DNA from: Macrostomum lignano
Lineage: Eukaryota
DNA: 64,000 nucleotides
NCBI GenBank assembly: GCA_002269645.1
Contig: NIVC01000082.1
Coordinates: 124,001 to 188,000 of the forward strand
Direction: 5' to 3'
Numbering within the stretch: position 1 is the first letter of the stretch; each line of letters starts with the position of its first letter. The notes beneath the pieces are model-generated. The model was not told the DNA's origin and ran no database searches. It saw only the letters and a list, made by a program, of their open reading frames with translations. Both the position numbers and the translations under genes were made by a program. Of the stretch, positions 25,318-37,450 are shown one piece after another.

Positions 25318-25955
25318 GGGGCGCCAAATTAATCTACTGAAAGGGGGCGCCAAATTAATCTACTGCAAGGGTGCGCCAAATTAATCTACTGCAAGGGGGC
25401 GCCAAATTAATCTACTGCATGTGGGCGCCAAATTAATCTACTGCAAGGGGGCGCCAAATTAATCTACTGCAAGGGTGCGCCAAATTAATCTACTGCAAGG
25501 GGGCGCCAAATTAATCTATTTCAAGGGGGCGCCAAATTAATCTACTGCAAGGGGGCGCCAAATTAATCTATTTCAAGGGGGCGCCAAATTAATCTACTGA
25601 AAGGGGGCGCCAAATTAATCTACTGCAAGGGTGCGCCAAATTAATCTACTGCAAGGGGGCGCCAAATTAATCTACTTCAAGGGGGCGCCAAATTAATCTA
25701 CTGCAAGGGGGCGCCAAAGCTCCTGCAAGGGGCGCCAAAGCTACTGGAAGGGGCGCCAAATTAATCTACTGCAAGGGGGCGCCAAATTAATCTACTGCAA
25801 GGGTGCGCCAAATTAATCTACTGCAAGGGGGCGCCAAATTAATCTACTGCATGTGGGCGCCAAATTAGTCTACTGCAAGGGGCGCCAAAGCCACTGCATG
25901 GGGCGCCAAAGCTACTGCAAGTGGCGCCAAAGCTACTGCAAGAGGGGCGCCAAGA
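25318..25955. repeat. 26-bp repeat CGCCAAATTAATCTACTGCAAGGGGG
   Basis: Direct periodicity. Confidence 0.95.
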
Positions 25956-26479
25956 TAAGTTAAGCTATTCTCTCAACTACAGTCAAAAACAGCTAAAGGC
26001 CCCCGTTTCCTTGTCTAGATCTGCAGTTTAAGGTGTCCTTGCGCCTCAACTGCCTGCCGGTCTGTCTCTCAGCTGCACCCTACACCACCACCCCACCCCA
26101 GAAAATAGCTGAAGTGGCAGTTTGCAGACCGCTATAACTGCAGTCTGCCAAGCAACTGCCGCAAGCAAGTAAAGCAGAGATATGCTGCACAGAGCCGGAG
26201 CACATTTATTATACTATTAGAGAAAAGGTGCCTCATGTGCCACCTGGCTATTAAGGGGGGTGGGGGGTAAGAGTCTACAGAGAAATTCGAGCTTCCATTC
26301 TGTATTTACCCTCCTATCTATATTGAGCATGATGACGTGAGAAAATCTTACGTTTGAGCACTTCTCAATGCAAGCTGCAATGATCCCGTGTGTGTAGAAT
26401 TATCTCAAATTTCAATTTTTATCAAGCGCTCTGTTTAGTGCCATGAACTGGTCATTTGAATTCCCTCTTTTGAAAGTCC

Positions 26480-26690
26480 CCAATCCTTCAGATTGTCACC
26501 GCAATTCCTTCCCCAATCCTTCAGATTGTCACCGCAATTCCTTCCCCAATTCTTCAGATTGTCACCGCAATTCCACCTTAATCCTTCAGATTGTCACCGC
26601 AATTCCCCCCTTAATCCTTCAGATTGTCACCGCAATTCCCCCTTAATCCTTCAGATTGTCACCGCAATTCCCCCAAGCCTCCAGACTGTC
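26480..26690. repeat. 30-33-bp repeat AATCCTTCAGATTGTCACCGCAATTCC
   Basis: About 6 units. Confidence 0.92.
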
Positions 26691-27146
26691 ACTGGACGCT
26701 CCTAAATTCTCCCTTCTCCCTTTGACCTTCTAATGCTCACTGCTAACAGTTGATAGCCCTAACTCCTCGATCAGCTTCTGTTTATTCCACAGAATCGTAT
26801 AATAAATGGACACACAAGCAGTCAAGCATTGCAATAGCATGCACTAAACATAAACTTTATCAAAACGGAGCTAGCGCATGCCGCTGACAACAAAATTGAA
26901 TTTAAAACTCGCAGCTAAAATCTTCTAATGAATCTAGATAAAGCTTTGGTACTGTCAACTGATAAACAAGATTTAAAGTCTAGAAAGACTTTCTATAGAC
27001 TCTGCGCATGCAAATCAAATAATAATTAAAGGATAGCATTCTGCTTCTACTTGAGTGTGAGCTGGGTCCTTTCGTAGAAACAGATACAGTGTATCTCATT
27101 TAAAATATTATCAAGCCTCATTGCTATATTCGAACGTGCGCATATA

Positions 27147-27615
27147 TCCATATACTAAAAATGGTCTGTTGGTATGTGTGTGATCGATTTTAGCAAAAAC
27201 GGCTCAACCGATTTTATTCGAACTTGCACCATTCGATCAGAAATTTTTCCGTGACGGTACATGCATCGTGGCTAAGAAATTGCTCGATGCTAAAGGGATT
27301 AAATATTCGAAAAACATGCTTTTTTGCAAAGGTCAAGCAGCTATTTCGACTTGAAACGCACTGTAAAAATGCTAGAGAAAAAACTGACTGGTTGAATTCT
27401 GATTCTGAAATAGATTGCATCACAATACACTTTATTTATCGTCTGTGTACTGGCTGAATTTGACACTCAATTGAATTGCGTCACAGCTTTGAGTGTGAAA
27501 GTATAGTGCAGTACTGAATTTATATTACGTAACCATATTGTTAGCTTTCATAGACACTGGTACTGACTTGCCTAAGAAATTGATTATGTCATAACTGGGT
27601 CGTTCTCAAAGCTAG
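27147..27615 (+). mobile_element. Possible non-autonomous Helitron-like element
   Basis: 5' A|TCCATATACTAAAAATG with an AAAACGGCTCAACCGATTT motif; 3' CTGGGTCGTTCTCAAAGCTAG. A related GCGAA...TTCGC hairpin plus CTAG end lies on the minus strand at 31306-31337. Confidence 0.4.
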
Positions 27616-30600
27616 GTCACAACTTTTTGTTATTGCAAAAAAAGTTTATACATCGACCAATAATCGTACAAAAAAAATTCTTTCGACAATTTCTGTAAGA
27701 AGCTGCTACTAAAACCACAAGAAAACTTGAAATTGACAAGAAATCAAGGCTATTTGTTATTCTTTGTTGCGGAAAATAAACGACAAAAATATTAAAGAGA
27801 AAATAAAATTTTCTTCTATTTTTATTTTAAATATGCAGTTAAATTTCTTTTGCAAAAATAAAAGAACAAGAAATTGACAAAGGAAATGTTTTTGAGCACA
27901 GCATTTTGTTACTCTGCTCTAAATCCCAGACATTTAAAATTATCGTGTGCGAAAAAGTGCGAAATTATTATAGCATGCACTCGAAAGGACTTCGATCAGT
28001 TTAACTAATCACTGAATTAAGAAGTCTAAATAAGTCTTGAAAGGTTGAATTAAAAATCAAGTTTTCACTATGTATCTTTTCAAAGTTAAGATGATTCGAC
28101 AAATAAAGAATGTTCATTTTTATGGTTAATAGAATTGTTTTCATTTTTACATTAAATATAATAAAACCTAACTAATAATAGAAAAAGTCAGGGAACTATC
28201 CTTGAACACCAAAAAGCACATTGTGGATTTAATATCGACTGCATGTTCCTTAATAAAGGAATTCGGATACTAGTATATATTTGATTATTTGTAGCATAAT
28301 TTCTGAAAACTATAACTTGCTTGATTTTACTTTAAGTACTTATTACATTAATACATTCAAATTTATTTTAATTAATTCATTTTTTGAAACTTTTTGGAAA
28401 ATAGACAAAATTGAATTATTTAATTACCAAAAACCTACTAGCTTAACTAAAATAGCAATTAGTCTTTAAGAAAAGATTTCACTTGTTAATTGAGAAAAAT
28501 GAGGATGTGCGAGGTGTAAAAATGCGAAAGAGCATGCAGGAAACAGAGACAAACAAAAATGTAGGTAAAAGACACTGCACATGCACATAATATGATAACC
28601 AGACATAATGCGCACACTGAAACACCAGTAGCAATGACGCCCAAGCTTTTGATGATCACAAGTGAAAAGGCAAAACCCAGCCATCTAATCAAAGAAGTAG
28701 ACTATAGCACGCATATTGAGTGCATCACGCATTTTTTGCAGAGAAGCTCGAAAATTAACATTGTATTCTGTGCACAACCACCAACTGCGACAGGGTCTGC
28801 CGGGGGATTTGTGGGCACGCGGTCGCGGATACAAATCGGAGGAGTCGCTGACCATTCTGAAATTACTAGCTAGCACATGTAATTTTGTGTATTAATATTT
28901 TTTAGCCCGCTTTATTTCTATGCTCTCGTCCGCCTCTCGTTAATGCATCCCCAGACTCATGCAAAAATTAAACTTATGATCGAACTATGCATGGCTTCCG
29001 TCCCTCGCTTTGAATCTCTCACCTCCCCATAGTTCCATCAACCTTACCGTAGTGGCTTCCTATGCAAAAATCATCCCTCCGCATCTTACACAGGCTACTT
29101 CAGGCTGTAGACTGTACTACATTATTAATTAGTTGCGCTAAAGAATCTACATGTATTTTGATCGCAGCGCAGCGCGCTGCTCAAAGAAGTTTAGATCTAT
29201 CTAGATATTCTAGTAATTTCAGGTTTGTCCATAGACTAGAGCTCATGAGATGAGAATTCCATTAACTAGTACATTTAATATGAATGAACAGCGTGTGTGT
29301 GTGCTGTGCATACATATGTATAATATACGAGTAGTTTATGGGCCAAATTATTGTGTGGCACAATTCTTGGCATCACTCAGCAGGCACAAGATGCAGTTAA
29401 GCAGCGCACGAAAATTCTACAAAAGAAATTGAGCCTGGTTGAGGTGATGCGAGGAGGCAGATCCACACAATCTCAGTGAATACACCAGACTGCACCAGAT
29501 ACGAGTCCAGTCGAATGTGCGCACTGGTCTAAGCAGCACACGCATGTCCTTCTGACAATGACGGCACCTAGCTTCGTCCAAGCCTTTGCCAGCGTCACTG
29601 ACAGCGTCAATACTACCATGCAGTGCCACCTGCAGCACCGACAACGGCAATTCCTCCAGTTAGCCCACAACAGTGGCTAAACTGAGGGACAGGGAACCTA
29701 CCCACAGAAGACACACACATACACACACAGCACCGGCAGCAGCACTCTGACAGCATAACCTAAAGCTCCATGAGCTCAGTTTTCAAGCATTGAAGAAGCA
29801 GAAGCAGTCATCTTGGATCCAGGGATCAGGAAGAGTGTTGCATGTCCGACATGTGCTGTTTCCGTGGCAAAAGGTGATGGAGCAAATTAATCAACACTTA
29901 CTATCTAGCTCGTATTAAGACTAAAAAACTGAGGCAAGCTGGGATTAAACTAAAGAAAATTTTTTACTATACTTTTTTACCATACTTTTACTATACTTCT
30001 ATAGTATAGTAGAGAGGTACTCTATTTAAATGCAGTAAGAAGTGAAACAAATTTATATATTTAATTATTAAATTAAATTAATTCAAGGTAAATAACTAAT
30101 TTAACCAATTTATTAGGAGTATTTATTATTATAATAAAGTGATTTTTATACCTTACACGAAATAAGCTCTACATTCATTTCTTAGCTTGGGGCCCATCTG
30201 TATAAGGTCAGTTTCTTCAAAATGCTGATTAATTAATTAAGGCCTGTTGTCTTTACTTAAATTTATAAGGGCATCTTAGAAGTTAATATTACTATATAAT
30301 ACAGGTATAATAGTATTACTATATTATAATAATATAGTTGCAATTTTAATGACTATTGAATAAGTTTAAATGCTTCCCCTATTGACTCTAAATATATGGT
30401 ATCTTTCCCTTCAGAAAAAATTAGCATAGAATGACTTGATGAAAACAAAAAAAATCATTTTGAGATACACATTTGCTGATCATTCAGGTCAAATTTCAAG
30501 GTCCAGTTTTGCACATGTTTCTCTGTAGCTTGCTTACAAGGATTATAATAAAAATATAATAAATATGTCCAATGAACTAACTGATACATAGCCAAATTGA

Positions 30601-31405
30601 AGTATTTTCAAAAACAAAAAAAATCATTTGCTCAGTTTACTTTACTGGATATCTGTGTAAAATTTCAGCTCAAAAGGTGCTTCATGGAGAATGCTAGTGT
30701 GGTTACAGGATATTTATTTTGTGCTTCAAAGTAGGAGTTAATTGCGATGCATGGTTGCTTTTAATTATTTTTATCAATAATAGTGCTCTATTTCATAACA
30801 ATTTTTTACAAAAAGATAATAAGACATGTTTTTCTAATTATCTGCATCAAAATGTATCATTTTAAGCGCACATTCTAGACGTCAGCTGAAAAATACATTT
30901 TGTGAGACGCAAAGAGGCTATCCCACCGGAAATGCTAGGCGTCCAGTTAAGCGTCTATAAAATCATTTATAGTGCAGTTTATTGAGCTTTAAAAAATTCT
31001 TAAATTAAATTTATATAAGCTTTCATTTTAAATGTAATATAGCAAGGTTTCAACACAACAACAACTTGTTTTAGCTACAGACATCTTGTAGTATCAAAAA
31101 TTAACATCGGTGAAATGATTGAATTTGAATTTTTTCATCGCTAATTATCGCTTAATACCGCCAGATGATTAAAAACACTTTTGCATGATAAAGTTCAACC
31201 CAAAAATTATCTTTATTCACAGATAAAAGTGTCCTATTATTTTGAATATGGCAGTAACAATAGTAAATGTTCGGAAAATTGTTAAAATTTTTGCTCCTTC
31301 TAGAATTTGCGAACGACCCAACTGCTTCGCGTGACTTTTTACTCTACCTGACTTGGTGTGAGTGTTGAATTATATAAGTGGTACAAATTCACTGATAACT
31401 TCGAT

Positions 31406-31520
31406 GAGAGCTAGCCTAGAGCAGAACAGACCAGACTGCTAATGCAGTGACCTGGGTTCGAATCTAAGTAGTAGTGTAAAATTTTTTATTAAAAGCTTTT
31501 ATTAAAGGACTAAATAAAAA
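31406..31520 (+). mobile_element. tRNA-like (Pol III A/B box) head, copy 1, directly before a satellite array
   Basis: GAGAGCTAGCCTAGAG...GGTTCGAATC (31455-31464) then a T6 run; homologous to 33495-33600. Confidence 0.55.
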
Positions 31521-31526
31521 CACTTA

Positions 31527-33190
31527 GATTACTGCACTCGATAAGCTAAGGATTATTGCTCTTGGCAAACCAAGGAATACTGCACTCGATAAGCCAAGGA
31601 TTATTGCTATTAATAAACCAAGGATTACTGCACTCGATAAGCCAAGGATTATTGCTATTAATAAACCAAGGATTACTGCACTCAATAAACCAAGGACTAT
31701 TGCTATTAATAAACCAAGGATTACTGCACTCAATAAACCAAGGACTATTGCTCTTGGCAAACCAAGGATTACTGCACTCGATAAGCCAAGGATTATTGCT
31801 ATTAATAAACCAAGGATTACTGCACTCAATAAACCAAGGACTATTGCTCTTGGCAAACCAAGGATTACTACACTCGATAAGCCAAGGACTATTGCTCTTG
31901 GCAAACCAAGGATTACTGCACTCGATAAGCCATGGATTATTGCTATTAATAAACCAAGGATTACTGCACTCGATAAGCCAAGGATTATTGCTATTAATAA
32001 ACCAAGGATTACTGCACTCGATAAACCAAGGACTATTGCTATTAATAAACCAAGGATTATGCACTTGGCAAACCAAGGATTACTGCACTCGATAAGCCAA
32101 GGATTATTGCTATTAATAAACCACGGATTACTGCACTCAATAAACCAAGGACTATTGCTATTAATAAACCAAGGATTACTGCACTCAATAAACCAAGGAC
32201 TATTGCTCTTGGCAAACCAAGGATTACTGCACTCGATAAGCCATGGATTATTGCTATTAATAAACCAAGGATTACTGCACTCGATAAGCCATGGATTATT
32301 GCTATTAATAAACCAAGGATTACTGCACTCGATAAGCCAAGGATTATTGCTATTAATAAACCAAGGATTATGCACTTGGCAAACCAAGGATTACTGCACT
32401 CGATAAGCCAAGGATTATTGCTATTAATAAACCAAGGATTACTGCACTCAATAAACCAAGGACTATTGCTCTTGGCAAACCAAGGATTACTGCACTTGAT
32501 TAATAAAGGATTATTGCTATTAATAAACCAAGGATTACTGCACTCGATAAGCCAAGGATTATTGCTATTAATAAACCAAGGATTACTGCACTCGATAAGC
32601 CAAGGATTATTGCTATTAATAAACCAAGGATTACTGCACTCGATAAGGCATGGATTATTGCTATTAATAAACCAAGGATTACTGCACTCGATAAGCCATG
32701 GATTATTGCTATTAATAAACCAAGGATTACTGCACTCGATAAGCCATGGATTATTGCTATTAATAAACCAAGGATTACTGCACTCGATAAGCCAAGGATT
32801 ATTGCTATTAATAAACCAAGGATTACTGCACTCGATAAGCCAAGGATTATTGCTATTAATAAACCAAGGATTATGCACTTGGCAAACCAAGGATTACTGC
32901 ACTCGATAAGCCAAGGATTATTGCTATTAATAAACCAAGGATTACTGCACTCGATAAGCCAAGGATTATTGCTATTAATAAACCATGAATTACTGCACTC
33001 GATAAGCCAAGGATTATTGCTATTAATAAACCAAGGATTACTGCACTCATAAGCCATGGATTATTGCTATTAATAAACCAAGAATTACTTACTGCACTTG
33101 GCAAACCAAGAATTACTGCACTCGATAAGCCATGGATTATTGCTATTAATAAACCAAGGATTACTGCACTCGATAGCCAAGGATTACTGC
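31527..33190. repeat. Satellite of 24-bp subunits forming a 48-bp dimer (CCAAGGATTACTGCACTCGATAAG / CCAAGGATTATTGCTATTAATAAA)
   Basis: Direct; followed by an ATGCTTGCTATCT repeat at 33232-33450. Confidence 0.97.
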
Positions 33191-33494
33191 GCTTGATAAG
33201 CTTGGCTACATGTATAGGATTATTTCTATCCAGGGATGCTTGCTATTTAGGGATTCTTGCTATGTGCAGGATGCTTGCTATCTGGAACGATGCTTCTACA
33301 TTATTTGGGGTATGCTTGCTATCTGCAAGATGCTTGCTATCTGCAAGATGCTTGCTATCTGCAGATGCTTGCTATCTGCAGATGCTTGCTATCTGGGTGG
33401 ATGCTTGCTAGGAGTATTAGGGGATGCTTGCTACTGGGGGGATGCTTGCTGTCTTGGGAATATTTTCTATTTAGGGGTAATGACTAAAATTCAT

Positions 33495-33600
33495 GAGAGC
33501 TAGCCTAGAGGTAAACAGACTAAACTGCTAAATGCAGGGACGATGGTTCGAATTTTTAGAGAGTAGAGTTTTTTTAATTAAAGCTTTTTAACGCCAAGAC
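33495..33600 (+). mobile_element. tRNA-like head, copy 2, directly before a different satellite array
   Basis: GAGAGCTAGCCTAGAG...ACTGCTAAATGCAG...GGTTCGAAT, T-run and AAAGCTTTTTA, as in copy 1. Confidence 0.55.
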
Positions 33601-33611
33601 AAAAAAAATTA

Positions 33612-35010
33612 TGGAAGCGTCATGTAAACAATCATACAAGCGTCATGTAAACAATCATAGAAGCGTCATGTAAACAATCATAGAAGCGTCATGTAAACAA
33701 TCATAGAAGCGTCATGTTAAAATCATAAAAGCGTCATGCAAACAATCCTAGAAGAGTCATGTTAAAATCATACAAGCGTCATGTAAACAATCATACAAGC
33801 GTCATGTAAACAATCATAGAAGCGTCATGTAAAAAATCATAGAAGCGTCATGTTAAAATCATAAAAGCGTCATAAAAAATCATAGAAGCGTCATGTAAAC
33901 AATCATACAAGCGTCATGTAAACAATCATAGAAGCGTCATGTAAACAATCATAGAAGCGTCATGTAAACAATCATAGAAGCGTCATGTTAAAATCATAAA
34001 AGCGTCATGCAAACAATCCTAGAAGAGTCATGTTAAAATCATACAAGCGTCATGTAAACAATCATACAAGCGTCATGTAAACAATCATAGAAGCGTCATG
34101 TAAAAAATCATAGAAGCGTCATGTTAAAATCATAAAAGCGTCATAAAAAATCATAGAAGCGTCATGTAAACAATCATACAAGCGTCATGTAAACAATCAT
34201 AGAAGCGTCATGTAAACAATCATAGAAGCGTCATGTAAACAATCATAGAAGCGTCATGTAAAAATCATAGAAGCGTCATGTAAACAATCATAAAAGCGTC
34301 ATGTAAACAATCATAGAAGCGTCATGTAAACAATCATAGAAGCGTCATGTAAACAATCATAGAAGCGTCATGTAAAAAATCATAGAAGCGTCATGTAAAA
34401 ATCATAGAAGCGTCATGTAAAAATCATAGAAGCGTCATGAAAAAATCATAGAAGCGTCATGTAAAAATCATAGAAGCGTCATGTAAAAATCATAGAAGCG
34501 TCATGTAAACAATCATAGAAGCGTCATGTTAAAATCATAAAAGCGTCATGTAAACAATCATACAAGCGTCATGTAAACAATCATAGAAGCGTCATGTAAA
34601 AAATCATAGAAGCGTCATGTTAAAATCATAAAAGCGTCTTAAAAATCATAGAAGCGTCATGTAAACAATCATAGAAGCGTCATGTAAACAATCATAGAAG
34701 CGTCATGTAAAAAATCATAGAAGCGTCATGTAAAAATCATAGAAGCGTCATGTAAAAATCATAGAAGCGTCATGAAAAAATCATAGAAGCGTCATGTAAA
34801 AATCATAGTAGCGTCATGTAAAAATCATAGAAGCGTCATGTAAAAAATCATAGAAGCGTCATGTAAACAATCATACAAGCGTCATGTAAACAATCATAGA
34901 AGCGTCATGTAAACAATCATAAAAGCGTCATGTAAACAATCATAAAAGCGTCATGTAAACAAGCATAGAAGCGTCATGTTAGCATAGAAGCGTCATGAAA
35001 AAATCATAGA
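33612..35010. repeat. 22-23-bp satellite CATAGAAGCGTCATGTAAACAAT
   Basis: About 60 units. Confidence 0.97.
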
Positions 35011-35159
35011 AGCCTCATATAAAAACTAATGAAAGTGTGTCTTTTAAAAAATTAAGAAGCATCATGGAAGAATAAAAGAAGCGTAACGTAAAAATCAAAA
35101 GAAGCGTCATGTCAGACATGAAACAAGTGTCATAAAAATTAAATGAAGCTATAGTGCTG

Positions 35160-36140
35160 TGCTGGGGAGAATCACTGAGACGTCAAGGCTCACAGAGAAT
35201 AACTGAGATTACAGGGGGTTTCTGAGATGTTAAAGCAAAAGTCAGAAGCTACTTCAAAGTACATGTACTTTACTTAAGTTTTTTTATTGCATTCTTTGTT
35301 GGCTTGCCACGGTGGGGGGGGGGCGCTGATAGAAGAAGAGTCATGTAAAAATAAAAGGAGCACTATGTATACATAAAATAAAAGTCATGTCAAAGTTAAA
35401 AGATTCATTTGGGAATTGCTACGATGTCAAAGCTTGGAGGGAATCGTTATAGTGCTGTGATTCTTAAAGAAGGAATCACTTAAATGCCAAGGCTTAGGGA
35501 AGAAGAATTGCTGTGATTTCAAGGCTTTAGGTTGGGTAAAAGTTAGGTTTACGTCAGGTTTGGGTTGAGGGTTAGATTTTAGCGCGTTTCAAGGTTAACA
35601 GGGGATTTTTTAGATTTCAAGGTTTATGGGGGGCATCGCTGACATGTCAAGGCTTACGAGGGGAATCTATCTATCTATCTATCTATAGCTGAGATGTCAA
35701 GGCTCACGGGGGAATAAATGAGATGTCAAGGCTAATGTCAGAAGCTACATGTAGTTTATTGGAAAAAGTTATTACATTATTTGTTGGCTCCTCACGGGAG
35801 GGATCGCTGATAGAAAAAGCGTAATGTAAAAAAAGAAGCTTCATGTCGAAGTTAAGAGATTAATTTGGGAATCCCTACGATGTCGAGGCTTGCAGGGAAT
35901 CGCTTTAATGCTGTAGTAGTGCTATAGACTCTTAGAGAGAATTACTGAAATTTCAATGCTTTAGGGTTAGGGTTAGGGTTAGGGTTAGGGTTAGGGTTAG
36001 GGTTAGGGTTAGAAAGTAGACAGATTTTTTAAGATTTCAAGGCTTATGGGAGCATCGCTGAGATGTCAAGGGGGGAGTTGATATGTTAAGGCTTGTGGGG
36101 GGGGGTTGCTGACATGTCAAGGCTTACACGGGTACTGGTA
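35160..36140 (+). repeat. Dispersed repeat made of two ~460-bp tandem units with GTCAAGGC motifs and TTAGGG-like tracts
   Basis: 35240-35680 resembles 35730-36130; an inverted paralog lies at 51240-51950. Confidence 0.65.
35961..36012 (+). repeat. Interstitial telomeric repeat (TTAGGG)8 plus TTAG
   Basis: Perfect hexamer run read directly. Confidence 0.95.
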
Positions 36141-36480
36141 GCGTACTGAAGCATACTGGTAGAAGTAGCTCTGAAAGAAGGCAAGTATGGTTGAATTTCA
36201 ATGTCTGTTATAAAATTCTGCACAAACATGTTTTATTGGTACATAAGCCTGGAATTAAAATGAGAATTCGATTCCTAGCCCCCCTCCCTAAGAATTTTTT
36301 TTCATTTTAAAGGATTCGTCCCTTGCTTATTGGCCACCCCGAAGGGGGGCGCTAGATTGCTAGTAGCTACTGAATTTGACAGATTTAGAATGTATTTTCT
36401 ATGCGCACTACTTCTAGTAAATGTACATGTAGCTAAAATGTCAAATGGAACTGGCTGCAAATGAAATTTACATTGCAAAT

Positions 36481-36605
36481 CAGGGGTCGGCTAACTCCGG
36501 CCCGTGGGCCACATGAGGCCCATAAAGCCTCTCCATCCGGCCCTCGGGGTCCTTTGAAACTTTGCAATAGCTCTGTGAGAGAGCATCCGGCTCTCTCAAG
36601 GCTTG
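36481..36605 (+). mobile_element. hAT-Charlie-like non-autonomous DNA transposon end
   Basis: CAGGGGTCGGCTAACTCCGGCCCGTGGGCCACATGAGGCCC resembles MER58/Charlie-type termini (from memory); the right TIR is not evident and the element runs into (CTCCT)n. Confidence 0.5.
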
Positions 36606-36607
36606 CG

Positions 36608-37050
36608 CCTCTCCTCTCTCCTCTCTCCTCTCCTCTCTTCTCTCTTCTCCTCTCCTCTCCTCTCCTCTCCTCTCCTCTCCTCTCCTCTCCTCTCCCCTCC
36701 TCTCCTCTCCTTTCGTCTCCCCTCCTCTCCCTCCTCTCCTCTCCTCTCCTCTCCTCTCCTCTCCTCTCCTCTCCTCTCCTCTCCTCTCCTCTCCTCTCTC
36801 CTCTCCTCTCCTCTCCTCTCCTCACCCTTTTCTCCTCTGCTCTCTCCTCCCCATTTTCGCGGATCTCCTCTCTCCTCTCCTTCTCTTCTCTCCTCTCCAT
36901 TCTCTCTTCTCTGTCTTCTCTCTTCTCCTCTCCTCTCCTGTTCCCTCCCCCCTCTCTCTTCTGTCCTCTCCCTTCTCTCTCCTCGCCGATTTCATCTCTC
37001 TTCACCTCTCGTCCTCTCGTCTCCTATATTCTCTTCTCTTTTTCTCTCCC
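36608..37050. repeat. (CTCCT)n polypyrimidine tract
   Basis: Direct. Confidence 0.95.
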
Positions 37051-37079
37051 TTCTCTACTGACGCTCCAGCTACATGTAC

Positions 37080-37450
37080 AGTAGCCGTCAGCGTCCACGT
37101 TTCGGCGTTATATATAGCAGGACGGTTTCGACCACCGCCTGTCACAGCCGAGCCCTCTGCCGGTCGCTTGGACAGCGCTTTGGACTGGAGGACGCCCCGG
37201 AGGTCTTCCTCCGAGGGACCAGACCGCGGTGAACCGCTGGCAGCGTGCGAGCTAATTTGATCGTCTGCCCGTCTGCGCCGCGGCACGTCAGGTCCGCTGA
37301 GATGTCGGCAAGGACTTGTCCGAACCACCCAGTTCAGCAGCAGCACGACTTCAGAGGAACGGCGATATAGTGTGTGTCACCCTGCAGAACTCCTGATAAG
37401 GTGTCGAACAGGTCATACAGGCCGTCCACCGTCACCTCAGCAGCTCGAGT
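37080..37450 (-). pseudogene. Degraded non-LTR (RTE-like) reverse transcriptase fragment
   Basis: Frameshifted translation gives VTVDGL...SGVLQGDT, an ADD motif and VETVLLY-NAETWTLT, typical of RTE-type LINE RT. Confidence 0.75.

Noticed and set aside
28590-29890. GC-richer patches that might be exons or ncRNA
   Set aside because: No recognisable motif, consistent splice phase or RNA-family signature could be supported.
31524-33104. Leu/Ile-rich or NPW-repeat ORFs
   Set aside because: Translations of the 24/48-bp satellite on both strands; no splice or start context.
35961-36012. True chromosome end
   Set aside because: Only 8 units, embedded in a dispersed repeat with genes on both sides.
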